In this document: positions 7,491-15,699 of the stretch, one piece after another
Position numbering within the stretch: position 1 is the first letter of the stretch
How the letters are laid out: each line of letters starts with the position of its first letter
From: Archangium sp.
Lineage (GTDB): Bacteria; Myxococcota; Myxococcia; Myxococcales; Myxococcaceae
Assembly (NCBI GenBank): GCA_031367385.1
Contig: JANLPS010000042.1
Location: 1-24,638, forward strand
Reading direction: 5' to 3'
Length of the DNA: 24,638 nucleotides
Program-made: the position numbers and the translations under genes
The notes under the pieces: model-generated
What the model was told of the DNA's origin: nothing
Database searches by the model: none
Seen by the model: the letters and a program-made list of their open reading frames with translations, nothing else

Positions 7491-8654
7491 ATGAAAATTC
7501 ACGAGTATCAGGGCAAAGAAATCTTCCGCAAGTACGGCGTTCCAGTGCCCCGTGGCATCGTGGCGCGCAGCCCAGACGAGGCTGAAAAGGCCGCCAAAGA
7601 GCTGGGCACCAAGATCGTCGTCGTCAAAGCCCAGATTCACGCCGGCGGTCGCGGCAAGGGCGGCGGCGTCAAGCTCGCCAAGAGCCCCGCTGAGGCCAAG
7701 ACCCTCGCCAAGGCGATGCTCGGCATGATGCTCAAGACCATTCAGACCGGGCCCGAAGGCCAAGAGGTGCACACCCTCTACATCGAAGAAGGCCAAGACA
7801 TCGAGAAGGAGTACTACCTCGGCTTGACCCTCGACCGCGCCACCGGCCGCAACACCTTCATGGCTTCGACCGAAGGCGGCGTCGAGATCGAGCAGGTCGC
7901 CCACGACGCGCCCGAGAAGATTCTGCGTGAGGCCGTCGACCCCGCGGTCGGCTTTCAAGATTTTCAGGGCCGCAAGATGGCCTACGGCCTCGGCTTGACC
8001 GGTGACTCGGTCGCCAAGTTCACCAAGTTCTGCCGCGCGCTCTACACCGCCTACGTCGAGACCGACTCATCGCTGATCGAGATCAACCCGCTGGTGAAGC
8101 TCAAAGACGGGTCGATCATCGCTCTCGACGCGAAGGTGAACTTCGACGACAACGCGATGTATCGCCAGAGCGCCCTCGCTGAGCTGCGCGACATCAAAGA
8201 AGAAGACGCGCGCGAGGCCAAAGCGAAAGAGTTCGACCTCGCCTACATCGCGCTCGAGGGCAACATCGGCTGCATGGTGAACGGCGCCGGCCTCGCCATG
8301 GCCACGATGGACACCATCAAGCTGGTCGGTGGCCAGCCGGCCAACTTCCTCGACGTTGGCGGCGGAGCCAATCGCGAGAAAGTCACCGCGGCGTTCAAGA
8401 TCATTCTCGCTGACCCGGCGGTCAAAGCCGTTCTGGTCAATATCTTCGGCGGCATCATGAAGTGCGACGTGATCGCCGAAGGCATCGTCGCCGCGGCGAA
8501 AGAAGTCGAGCTCAAGATTCCCCTGGTGGTGCGCCTCGAGGGCACCAATGTCGAGAAGGGCAAAGAGATCTTGAAGAACTCGGGCCTGAAAATCACCCCC
8601 GCCGACGACTTGCGACAGGCTGCTGAAAAAGCCGTTGCTGCCCTCAAGCACTAA
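7491..8654 (+). CDS. sucC: Succinyl-CoA synthetase beta subunit
   Basis: [66 protein letters not shown]. Confidence 0.99.
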   Translation: MKIHEYQGKEIFRKYGVPVPRGIVARSPDEAEKAAKELGTKIVVVKAQIHAGGRGKGGGVKLAKSPAEAKTLAKAMLGMMLKTIQTGPEGQEVHTLYIEEGQDIEKEYYLGLTLDRATGRNTFMASTEGGVEIEQVAHDAPEKILREAVDPAVGFQDFQGRKMAYGLGLTGDSVAKFTKFCRALYTAYVETDSSLIEINPLVKLKDGSIIALDAKVNFDDNAMYRQSALAELRDIKEEDAREAKAKEFDLAYIALEGNIGCMVNGAGLAMATMDTIKLVGGQPANFLDVGGGANREKVTAAFKIILADPAVKAVLVNIFGGIMKCDVIAEGIVAAAKEVELKIPLVVRLEGTNVEKGKEILKNSGLKITPADDLRQAAEKAVAALKH

Positions 8655-8672
8655 TTCTTTGGAGATACAGCA

Positions 8673-9566
8673 ATGAGCATTCTGGTTAACGCAGATACGC
8701 GTTTGATGGTTCAGGGCATCACCGGCTCGGCCGGCTCTTTTCACGCCAAGCAGTGCTTGGACTACGGCACCAACATCGTGGCCGGGGTGACTCCGGGCAA
8801 GGGTGGCCAGAAGTTCGAGAACAAGATTCCGATCTTCGACACCGTCGAACAGGCCGTAAAGGCGACGGGCGCCAACGCGTCGGTGGTCTTCGTGCCTCCA
8901 CCGTACGCCGCTGATTCGATCATGGAGGCTTGCGAGGCCCGCGTGCCGCTGGTGATCGCGATCACCGAAGGCATCCCCGTCAATGACATGGTCAAGGCCA
9001 AGCGCTACCTGCAAGGCACGGCCACCCGCTTGATCGGGCCCAACTGCCCCGGCGTGATCACCCCCGGCGCGAAGTGCAAAATCGGCATCATGCCGGGCCA
9101 CATTCACCGCCCCGGCCGCATCGGCGTCGTCTCGCGCTCAGGCACGTTGACCTACGAAGCCGTCTTTCAGGTCACCGGGCTGGGCCTGGGCCAGTCGACC
9201 GCCGTTGGCATCGGCGGAGACCCGGTCAACGGCACCAACTTCGTCGACATGCTCAAGCTGTTCAACGACGACCCCGAGACCGACGCGGTGATCATGATCG
9301 GCGAAATCGGTGGCAGCGCCGAAGAAGAAGCGGCCGAGTGGGTCAAGGCGAACTTCAAGAAGCCGATCGCTGGGTTCATCGCGGGCGCCAGCGCGCCTCC
9401 CGGCAAGCGCATGGGCCACGCCGGCGCGATCATCTCGGGCGGCAAGGGCGCTGCGAGCGACAAGATCGCTGCGATGACCGCCGCGGGCTACGTGATGGCC
9501 CAGTCACCTTCTGAGCTCGGCAGCACGCTGGTCGAGGCGATGAAGCGCAAGGGTCTGAAGGTTTGA
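8673..9566 (+). CDS. sucD: Succinyl-CoA synthetase alpha subunit
   Basis: [30 protein letters not shown], phospho-His motif [12 protein letters not shown] Shine-Dalgarno upstream. Confidence 0.99.
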   Translation: MSILVNADTRLMVQGITGSAGSFHAKQCLDYGTNIVAGVTPGKGGQKFENKIPIFDTVEQAVKATGANASVVFVPPPYAADSIMEACEARVPLVIAITEGIPVNDMVKAKRYLQGTATRLIGPNCPGVITPGAKCKIGIMPGHIHRPGRIGVVSRSGTLTYEAVFQVTGLGLGQSTAVGIGGDPVNGTNFVDMLKLFNDDPETDAVIMIGEIGGSAEEEAAEWVKANFKKPIAGFIAGASAPPGKRMGHAGAIISGGKGAASDKIAAMTAAGYVMAQSPSELGSTLVEAMKRKGLKV

Positions 9567-9982
9567 GCGGCGAAGCGAGGGCCCATGCGAAGTTGGCGCA
9601 AGCTGGCGACATCGACGCTTTGATGGATCTCGCCGACGGCGAAGACGGCGACATCGAGGCGTACAAGTGGCTGCAGGTCGCTGTCGACTTCGGCCACGAC
9701 GAAGCCACCGAGAAGATCGATGGCCTGATGAGCGATTCGTCACTGCACGACGATGATGATCAGACGCTGGCCGGCAATGCGCACCTCGAGCTCGGCATGG
9801 CGTACGCGTCGGGGAGCGAGGGGTTGCCGAAAGACTTGAAGCTCGCCGTGCAGCACTTCGAGTCGGCCGTCGAATGCGGGTACCCCGACTCGGTGACTGG
9901 CGGCGACGAGATTCTCAGAGACTTTCGCGAGACGCTCGAGGGCGATGCCTTGGCTGCGTTCGAGAGCGTCTTCCCGAAGTGA
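9563..9982 (+). CDS. Small acidic Sel1-like repeat protein
   Basis: TTG start overlapping the sucD stop (TTGA); [16 protein letters not shown] and [34 protein letters not shown] match the Sel1 repeat pattern. Confidence 0.7.
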   Translation: MSGEARAHAKLAQAGDIDALMDLADGEDGDIEAYKWLQVAVDFGHDEATEKIDGLMSDSSLHDDDDQTLAGNAHLELGMAYASGSEGLPKDLKLAVQHFESAVECGYPDSVTGGDEILRDFRETLEGDALAAFESVFPK

Positions 9983-9991
9983 AGTGAGGCC

Positions 9992-10990
9992 TCAGGGCTT
10001 CTTCGGCTTGCCCGTGTTGATGCTGAGAATCACGATCGCCAGCATCACCAGGCCGGCACCGATGCCTTCTGAAATGTCGAGCGGCGGGCCACCCCAGGCG
10101 AAGTGAAGGGTGAGCGTCGCGACCACTCCGGCGATGACGCTCGAGGCGCGATTGACTGGCACCGAGAAGGAGTTCTCGCTCTTGTCGAGCAAGACCAGCG
10201 CTCCGAAGATGCCGGTGCCCTGAGACAAGACGCCAATCAGCACCGCCCACGGCCACATTGACGTGAAAGGCAGCGAGGTGAACCCTTCGCGAATTTCGTT
10301 GAGTGCGTGACCGGCACCGATCACCGCCAGCAGCACCAGCGCTCCGAAGGCTGCAGGCGTCGAGACCAACTGCTCTTCGACGAAGTACCGCTGCGTCGCA
10401 TCGGCCGAGTCGCTCTTGGCGAGCTTGCTCATGAACTGCAATCGCACGAAGTACGCGCCCAGATAGGCGGCGACGTTGAGCCCCGCGATGAGTGAAATGC
10501 GCGGCCCCGTGTCTCGGCCCACGACCGCGACCAGCAGCGACATCAACGTCAACCCCAGCGCCACCCACGACGCCGCACGAACGCGCCGCTTCGAGATGGC
10601 ATCGACGATCGGCGCCATGATCAAGACGCCCCCTCGCATCAGCAGCATCATGAACACGATGCTCACGCCGTCGAAGGTGTAGGCGAGGGTGGTCGTGGTC
10701 AGAATCGTCGCGCCGCACAGGCCTGAGAGCGTCGTGAACAGGGTCGGCCGGGGCAGGGTGAGCCCTCCGATGACGAACGGCGTCGCGCTGCGCCACCACC
10801 CCGTCGCGAACAAGAAGACGATCGCCGCGATGAACGAGCTGAAGGTGGAGATCGGCAAAATCATGTTGCCGGGTACCTTCGGGCCCAGCCGGCCATCGCT
10901 CAGGGCCTTGGTCAGCATCGAGTACGGCGCGTAGGCGGCGAAATACCCGAAGGCCCAGACCCAGATGCTGACCGCCCGGCGCTGTTGCAC
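9992..10990 (-). CDS. Polytopic inner-membrane protein, probably DMT/EamA-like
   Basis: About 10 hydrophobic segments in 332 aa with two-halves organisation; ends GIGAGLVMLAIVILS + basic tail as in DMT exporters. Family assignment is inference. Confidence 0.7.
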   Translation of the reverse strand: MQQRRAVSIWVWAFGYFAAYAPYSMLTKALSDGRLGPKVPGNMILPISTFSSFIAAIVFLFATGWWRSATPFVIGGLTLPRPTLFTTLSGLCGATILTTTTLAYTFDGVSIVFMMLLMRGGVLIMAPIVDAISKRRVRAASWVALGLTLMSLLVAVVGRDTGPRISLIAGLNVAAYLGAYFVRLQFMSKLAKSDSADATQRYFVEEQLVSTPAAFGALVLLAVIGAGHALNEIREGFTSLPFTSMWPWAVLIGVLSQGTGIFGALVLLDKSENSFSVPVNRASSVIAGVVATLTLHFAWGGPPLDISEGIGAGLVMLAIVILSINTGKPKKP

Positions 10991-11088
10991 CGAAGCACTG
11001 TGTCACAACCAGGTCACAGAACCCTCAGCGCTCACAGCAAATACGCGGCATGACTGGAACATTTGGCCGACGCCCCCGTACTCTCCCC

Positions 11089-12735
11089 ATGCCACTGCGA
11101 GTCGCTCCGTTACCTGCCGATCACCAGACCCCGCGTCCAGCCCAAGGCGCGAAGCGGCTGACCGTGGTCCTCCCGTGGGACCTTGATGCGAGCTTGGCCG
11201 CGTTTCCGCGTACGCCACGGGAGGGCCAGCTGTTGGTGCTCGAGACCCGAGCGAAGCTGACGGCACTGCCCTTTCACCGCCAGAAACTGACGATGCTGGT
11301 CAGCGCGTTGCGGCACTTCGTGGTCGAACGCCGGGCCGCGGGGTTTCACGTCGAGCACCGCGTCGCCGACGACTACGCCACCGGCATCACCCAGTTCATG
11401 TCGTGGAGCGGCCTCCAGGCCGACCAGGTGCACGCCATGAAACCCAGGGAGTGGGCGATTCAGCAGCGCTTTCGAGCCCTTGGGCTCCACCTGCACGACG
11501 ACGGCGGCCCGGGCGGCCACTTCTTGATCAGCCGAGAGGCCTTCGGCGAGTGGGCCGAGGGGCGTCAGCAGTTCAGAATGGATCACTTCTACTCGTGGCT
11601 TCGAAAGCGCTTGAACGTGCTGGTCGACGACAAGGGGAAACCCGAAGGTGGCCAGTGGAGCTTCGATGCCGAGAACCGCGGGCACGCTCGGGGCGTCGAG
11701 ATGCCCCAAATACCGTGGTTCACTCCCGATGACCTGACCCGGCGCGTGATGTCATGGGTCGCGCGCGAGGGCGTCGGGCAGTGGGGCAAGCTCGAACCCT
11801 TCGGTTGGCCGGTGACGCGGGCGCAGGCGCTCTCGTGGCTCTCTGCTTTCGTGAAGAACCGGCTGAGCGCCTTCGGCGATTACGAAGACGCCATTCGCAG
11901 CGACGAGCGCTTTCTGCACCACTCGTTGTTGTCAGCGCCACTCAACCTCGGGCTGCTTCGACCTGACGAGGTCATCGCCGCGGTGCTCGAACGCTACGAG
12001 CGCGGCCTGGCCTCGCTGGCCAGCACCGAAGGCTTCGTGCGCCAAGTGCTCGGGTGGCGGGAGTTCATGCGCGGCATGTACTGGCACCTGATGCCGAAGC
12101 TGCGTGAAGCGAATCAGCTCGGCGCCCACCGGCCATTGCCTTCGTTCTTCTGGCACCCCGAGCGCGCGACGATGCGCTGCATGGCCGACGCGATCGGCTC
12201 GGTGCACGACACCGGGTACACCCACCACATCGAGCGCCTGATGGTGCTGTGCAACTACGCCACCCTCTCGGGCCTCGACCCGCGCGCCGTCTCGCACTGG
12301 TTCTGGGCGGCCTTCGTCGACGCGTACGAGTGGGTCGAGCTGCCCAACGTCGTCGGCATGGCGATGTACGGCACCGACGCCTTCACGACCAAGCCCTACA
12401 TTGCGAGCGGGGCATACATTCGAAGGCAGAGCGGCATGCCCTCGAAGGGTCGCGGGTCGGCCACGCATCAGCGTGAAGCCCCGTGCGCCAGCTGCCGATA
12501 CGACAGCGAGCAAAAGGTCGGCCCGAAGGCGTGCCCCTTCAACGCCCTGTACTGGGACTTCATGGCCACGCACCGGGAGCGGCTGGCGGCGAACCCGCGA
12601 ATGCGAACCATGCTCGGCACGCTCGACCGCTTCGGGCCCGAGGTGCAGCGCGCCATTCACGCCACGGCCGAAGCCCACCGCGCGTCGCTCGAGCCCACAG
12701 ATCCTCCTTGGGTCATCGACGAAGACGCGGGCTAG
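11089..12735 (+). CDS. Cryptochrome/photolyase family protein, FeS-BCP (PhrB/CryB-like, probable (6-4) photolyase)
   Basis: FHRQKL, PEGGQWSFDAENR, FGDYEDA, HSLLSAPLNLGLL, EGFVRQVLGWREF, YTHHIERLM, DAYEWVELPNV, KPY; four Cys (MRCM, CASC, ACPFN) matching the [4Fe-4S] ligand pattern. Start uncertain (11050 or 11089). Confidence 0.92.
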   Translation: MPLRVAPLPADHQTPRPAQGAKRLTVVLPWDLDASLAAFPRTPREGQLLVLETRAKLTALPFHRQKLTMLVSALRHFVVERRAAGFHVEHRVADDYATGITQFMSWSGLQADQVHAMKPREWAIQQRFRALGLHLHDDGGPGGHFLISREAFGEWAEGRQQFRMDHFYSWLRKRLNVLVDDKGKPEGGQWSFDAENRGHARGVEMPQIPWFTPDDLTRRVMSWVAREGVGQWGKLEPFGWPVTRAQALSWLSAFVKNRLSAFGDYEDAIRSDERFLHHSLLSAPLNLGLLRPDEVIAAVLERYERGLASLASTEGFVRQVLGWREFMRGMYWHLMPKLREANQLGAHRPLPSFFWHPERATMRCMADAIGSVHDTGYTHHIERLMVLCNYATLSGLDPRAVSHWFWAAFVDAYEWVELPNVVGMAMYGTDAFTTKPYIASGAYIRRQSGMPSKGRGSATHQREAPCASCRYDSEQKVGPKACPFNALYWDFMATHRERLAANPRMRTMLGTLDRFGPEVQRAIHATAEAHRASLEPTDPPWVIDEDAG

Positions 12736-13937
12736 AGGTCAGCGTTGGCGAACGCCGCGCGCAGCTTCGCCTCCATGCGCGGTTTGAACCTGTTGCCCCT
12801 CAGCACCAGCCTCGCCAGGTGCACAAAGTGCTTGGCATTTTCGAGCAGCCACGTGCCGTCGGGCTCGTTGAGCCCGTTCTCTGACAGATCGAGCAAGGCC
12901 AACTTCGCGACCCGCCCGCTCGCGATCATCCGCTCGACGAAGGTGGTGATTTCGTTGCACCCCCGCACACCAATCGCAGCCAACTCGGGAAAGAAGCGGG
13001 TCGACGCCAACGGCGTCAAATGCCGCCCGGTCATCACGCTCTCTCGCCCGACCGTCAGTACCAACCCCTTGAGCGACGGTAAATCGCTCTCGAGCAGATC
13101 AGCGAGCACCCGGTGCGTGAGCGCAGGCAGGTCGAGCTCGAAGTGGCGAAGGCCCGGGTGCTTCAAACGGTGCAGCTCGGTCATCGCGGCGCGTGCCACC
13201 AGGTACTTCAGCTGTTTTCGGTGCTGCACCGGAGCCAACGAGCTCAACGTCGGCCAGCGCGTCACCTTGTCTGCGTCGAGCGCGCCCACCTCGAGCGTCT
13301 CGAGGTGCATCGGCCACTGTGAGTGGCACAACACCGACAGTGCGTCATCGTAGCTGGGCAGCTGTGACGTGCCTCCGGGCCACGCCAGCTCGAGGCGTCG
13401 CAGCATGCGAATCGAGGGGCTGTTGAACAGCACCGGTATCAGCTGCGGCAGGGTCAGCGCGTGCCGGCGGCGGGGCTCACAGGTCAGTCGCGCAGTCGAG
13501 ATGAAGCCGTGCTGCCACTCGAGCTCTACTTGATTCATCGCCCCACCCAGGTCGCCCAACAACGCCTCGGCATGGGTGCGCAGCAACGCCTTCGCCGTCT
13601 TCTGGTCGCCGCGGGCCTGGGTCGAAATCAGCTCTCCACGCGGGTCGCCCTGGGCGAGCAGCGAATCGGCGTAGACCAGCCACGGGGCGTCATCACTCGT
13701 GGGGGTCAGCGCCGACGACCACGCCTCGAATGGAGCGTCGCGAAACCCGTCAGCGACCCGCTGGGCAACCAGCTGCTCCGCGGTCTTGGTCGCGGCCTCG
13801 GGTGATGGCCGCTCGATTCTCCTCAGCTCGCCGGGGGTGTTCTCGAGGCCTGCGCGAAGGGTGATCACCGCCCCTTCGACCGAGATCTCCCACACCCGCG
13901 CATGGGGGCTCTCATCGAGCCGCAGCCTGCGTTTCAT
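12732..13937 (-). CDS. WGR-like + TIGR02996 + LRR-like multidomain protein
   Basis: ATG at 13937; N-terminal RVWEISVEGAVITLRAGLENTPG...AEQLVAQRVADGF (WGR-like); PWLVYADSLLAQGDPRGELISTQ...WQHGF (TIGR02996); LRRLEL, LPSLKGLVL, LALLDLSENGL, LARLVLRGNRF (LRR-like). Confidence 0.82.
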   Translation of the reverse strand: MKRRLRLDESPHARVWEISVEGAVITLRAGLENTPGELRRIERPSPEAATKTAEQLVAQRVADGFRDAPFEAWSSALTPTSDDAPWLVYADSLLAQGDPRGELISTQARGDQKTAKALLRTHAEALLGDLGGAMNQVELEWQHGFISTARLTCEPRRRHALTLPQLIPVLFNSPSIRMLRRLELAWPGGTSQLPSYDDALSVLCHSQWPMHLETLEVGALDADKVTRWPTLSSLAPVQHRKQLKYLVARAAMTELHRLKHPGLRHFELDLPALTHRVLADLLESDLPSLKGLVLTVGRESVMTGRHLTPLASTRFFPELAAIGVRGCNEITTFVERMIASGRVAKLALLDLSENGLNEPDGTWLLENAKHFVHLARLVLRGNRFKPRMEAKLRAAFANADL

Positions 13938-14335
13938 GGAGCAGGCGGAGGAGGAGGAGGCGGCGGCTTGGCGAACTTGGTCTGCATGCGCTCGACCACC
14001 CGGCTCAAGGCGTAGCCGATCGAGATCATCCACACGTACGCCAGGGTGGCGGGGTGGGTGACGAACCGGCTGCTGTAGGCCTCGTTCACTCTCCAGCGGT
14101 CCAGGTAGATCCAGTAGATCCACACTCCGGTGAGCGCGAGCGAGAGCACCGACGTGCAGAACCCGAAGTTGTGCTTCGAGAAGAGGCTGCTGATGATCGC
14201 CTCGAACAGCCCGACGAAGACGAAGCCGCTGATCAAGCCAAGCACCGTGGCGCCAATGATGACGTGCGGCCAGGCGTTGGCCTCGCCACGTTCCATCTCC
14301 AGGTGCTCGCCGAGGTGATCTCCGATTTTCTCCAT
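13934..14335 (-). CDS. Small membrane protein (about 3 TM) with C-terminal poly-proline tail
   Basis: Three hydrophobic segments; TGA overlaps the ATG of the downstream gene (ATGA); ends KPPPPPPPPAP. Confidence 0.65.
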   Translation of the reverse strand: MEKIGDHLGEHLEMERGEANAWPHVIIGATVLGLISGFVFVGLFEAIISSLFSKHNFGFCTSVLSLALTGVWIYWIYLDRWRVNEAYSSRFVTHPATLAYVWMISIGYALSRVVERMQTKFAKPPPPPPPPAP

Positions 14336-14415
14336 GCGGCCTGCAGCCTACCTGAACTTCTAAGAGGGGCGACGAGAGCGTGGTCGCGGAGGCCGAAGCG
14401 TGCCACGAGCTGACC

Positions 14416-15318
14416 ATGACCGAACCAACCATCGTCGTCGCGGGCGCCACCGGCCGTCTCGGTGAGCGCATCGTCAAGGCCCTGCGGGCGAAGAACGCGA
14501 AGGTCGTCGCGTTGACCCGCGCCAACAGCAACCCCGAGAAGGTCGCGGCGCTGAAGCTCGAGGGCGCTGAGATCGCCGCGGTCGATTTCAAGAGTGTCGA
14601 CAGCGTCGCCGGGGCTTGCGAGGGCGCCTCGTGCGTCGTCTCCGCTGTGCTCGGCATGCGAGAGACGATGATCGACGGCCAGTCGGTGCTGCTCGACGGC
14701 GCGGTGAAGGCGGGAGTGCCGAGGTTCATACCCAGCGATTACGCGCTCGACTACACCAAGCTGGCCAAGGGCCAGAACCGCAACCTCGACTGGCACACCG
14801 AGTTTCTCGAGCGCGTGTACAAAGCGCCCATCGCGCCGACCTCGATTCTCAACGGCGCCTTCATGGAGCTGCTGCTCGGCCAGGCTCCGTTCATTCTCTT
14901 CAAGCTTCGACGGGTGATCTACTGGGGCAGCGACACCCAGGCGCTCGACTTCACCACCATGACCAACACCGCCGAGTTCACCGCCTGCGCGGCGCTCGAG
15001 GCGAAGACGCCGAAGTTTCTCAACTGCGTCGGCCAGCGCGTCACCGCAAAAGACCTGGCGACCATCGCGAGCGAAGTGACCGGTCAGACCTTCAAGACCC
15101 AGTGGGCAGGCACCACCGGCATGCTCGGAGCGATGATCTCCGGCATGAAGACGGTCATGCCTGCGCCGAACGACCCGTTTCCTCCCTGGCAGGGCATGCA
15201 GTACTCGAAGAACATGTTCGAGGGCCGCTGCTTGCTCTCACCCATCGACAACGATCGCTACGCCGGCATCAAGTGGACGCAGGTCAAAGAGCTGCTCGCG
15301 ACACGGCCCGCGCCTTAA
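14416..15318 (+). CDS. NmrA-like / isoflavone-reductase-like NAD(P)-binding protein
   Basis: IVVAGATGRLG Rossmann motif, AVKAGVPRFIPSDY, ILNGAFME; ATG at 14416 preferred over GTG at 14380. Confidence 0.88.
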   Translation: MTEPTIVVAGATGRLGERIVKALRAKNAKVVALTRANSNPEKVAALKLEGAEIAAVDFKSVDSVAGACEGASCVVSAVLGMRETMIDGQSVLLDGAVKAGVPRFIPSDYALDYTKLAKGQNRNLDWHTEFLERVYKAPIAPTSILNGAFMELLLGQAPFILFKLRRVIYWGSDTQALDFTTMTNTAEFTACAALEAKTPKFLNCVGQRVTAKDLATIASEVTGQTFKTQWAGTTGMLGAMISGMKTVMPAPNDPFPPWQGMQYSKNMFEGRCLLSPIDNDRYAGIKWTQVKELLATRPAP

Positions 15319-15698
15319 GTAAACTTCGCGGGTGGCCACTTGCCGGCGGCTTCGAGCGACTTTCGCACCTCAGGGTTCTCGTCCATGAAGGCCTTGAGTG
15401 ACTCCTCGGTGATCTGCACCTCGATGTCGGAGCTGCCCAGCTTCGCCTGACACGCCAACCGCGAGGCCTGGCGCACGTCGAAGGCGAGGTCGAGGCGATC
15501 CATCTCCATGTCGTCTTGCTCGGAGAGCGTGTCGAGCCCCTTCTTCACCCACACGTGGCAGGTCGAGCACGCGCACACGCCACCACAGGAGTGCCCGACT
15601 TGCGCATGGCCCGCCTCGGCCGCGTCGAGAATCGAAGTGCCCTCGGCGACCTCGACGGTGAGGTCGTTCAGCGGGCTCATGAAGCGAACGCGAGGCAT
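15315..15698 (-). CDS. fdx: ISC-type 2Fe-2S ferredoxin
   Basis: HSCGGVCACSTCHV and SRLACQ ligands; last gene of the isc cluster. Confidence 0.93.
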   Translation of the reverse strand: MPRVRFMSPLNDLTVEVAEGTSILDAAEAGHAQVGHSCGGVCACSTCHVWVKKGLDTLSEQDDMEMDRLDLAFDVRQASRLACQAKLGSSDIEVQITEESLKAFMDENPEVRKSLEAAGKWPPAKFT

Positions 15699-15699
15699 G

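Noticed and set aside
7398..7958. N-terminal extension giving the 665-aa ORF 5961..7958
   Set aside because: Antisense to sucC; protein-like sequence begins at ATG 7397.
13938..14729. N-terminal extension giving the 665-aa ORF 12732..14729
   Set aside because: Overlaps the small membrane gene in another frame and nmrA on the opposite strand. The equal 665-aa length of the two long ORFs is coincidence.
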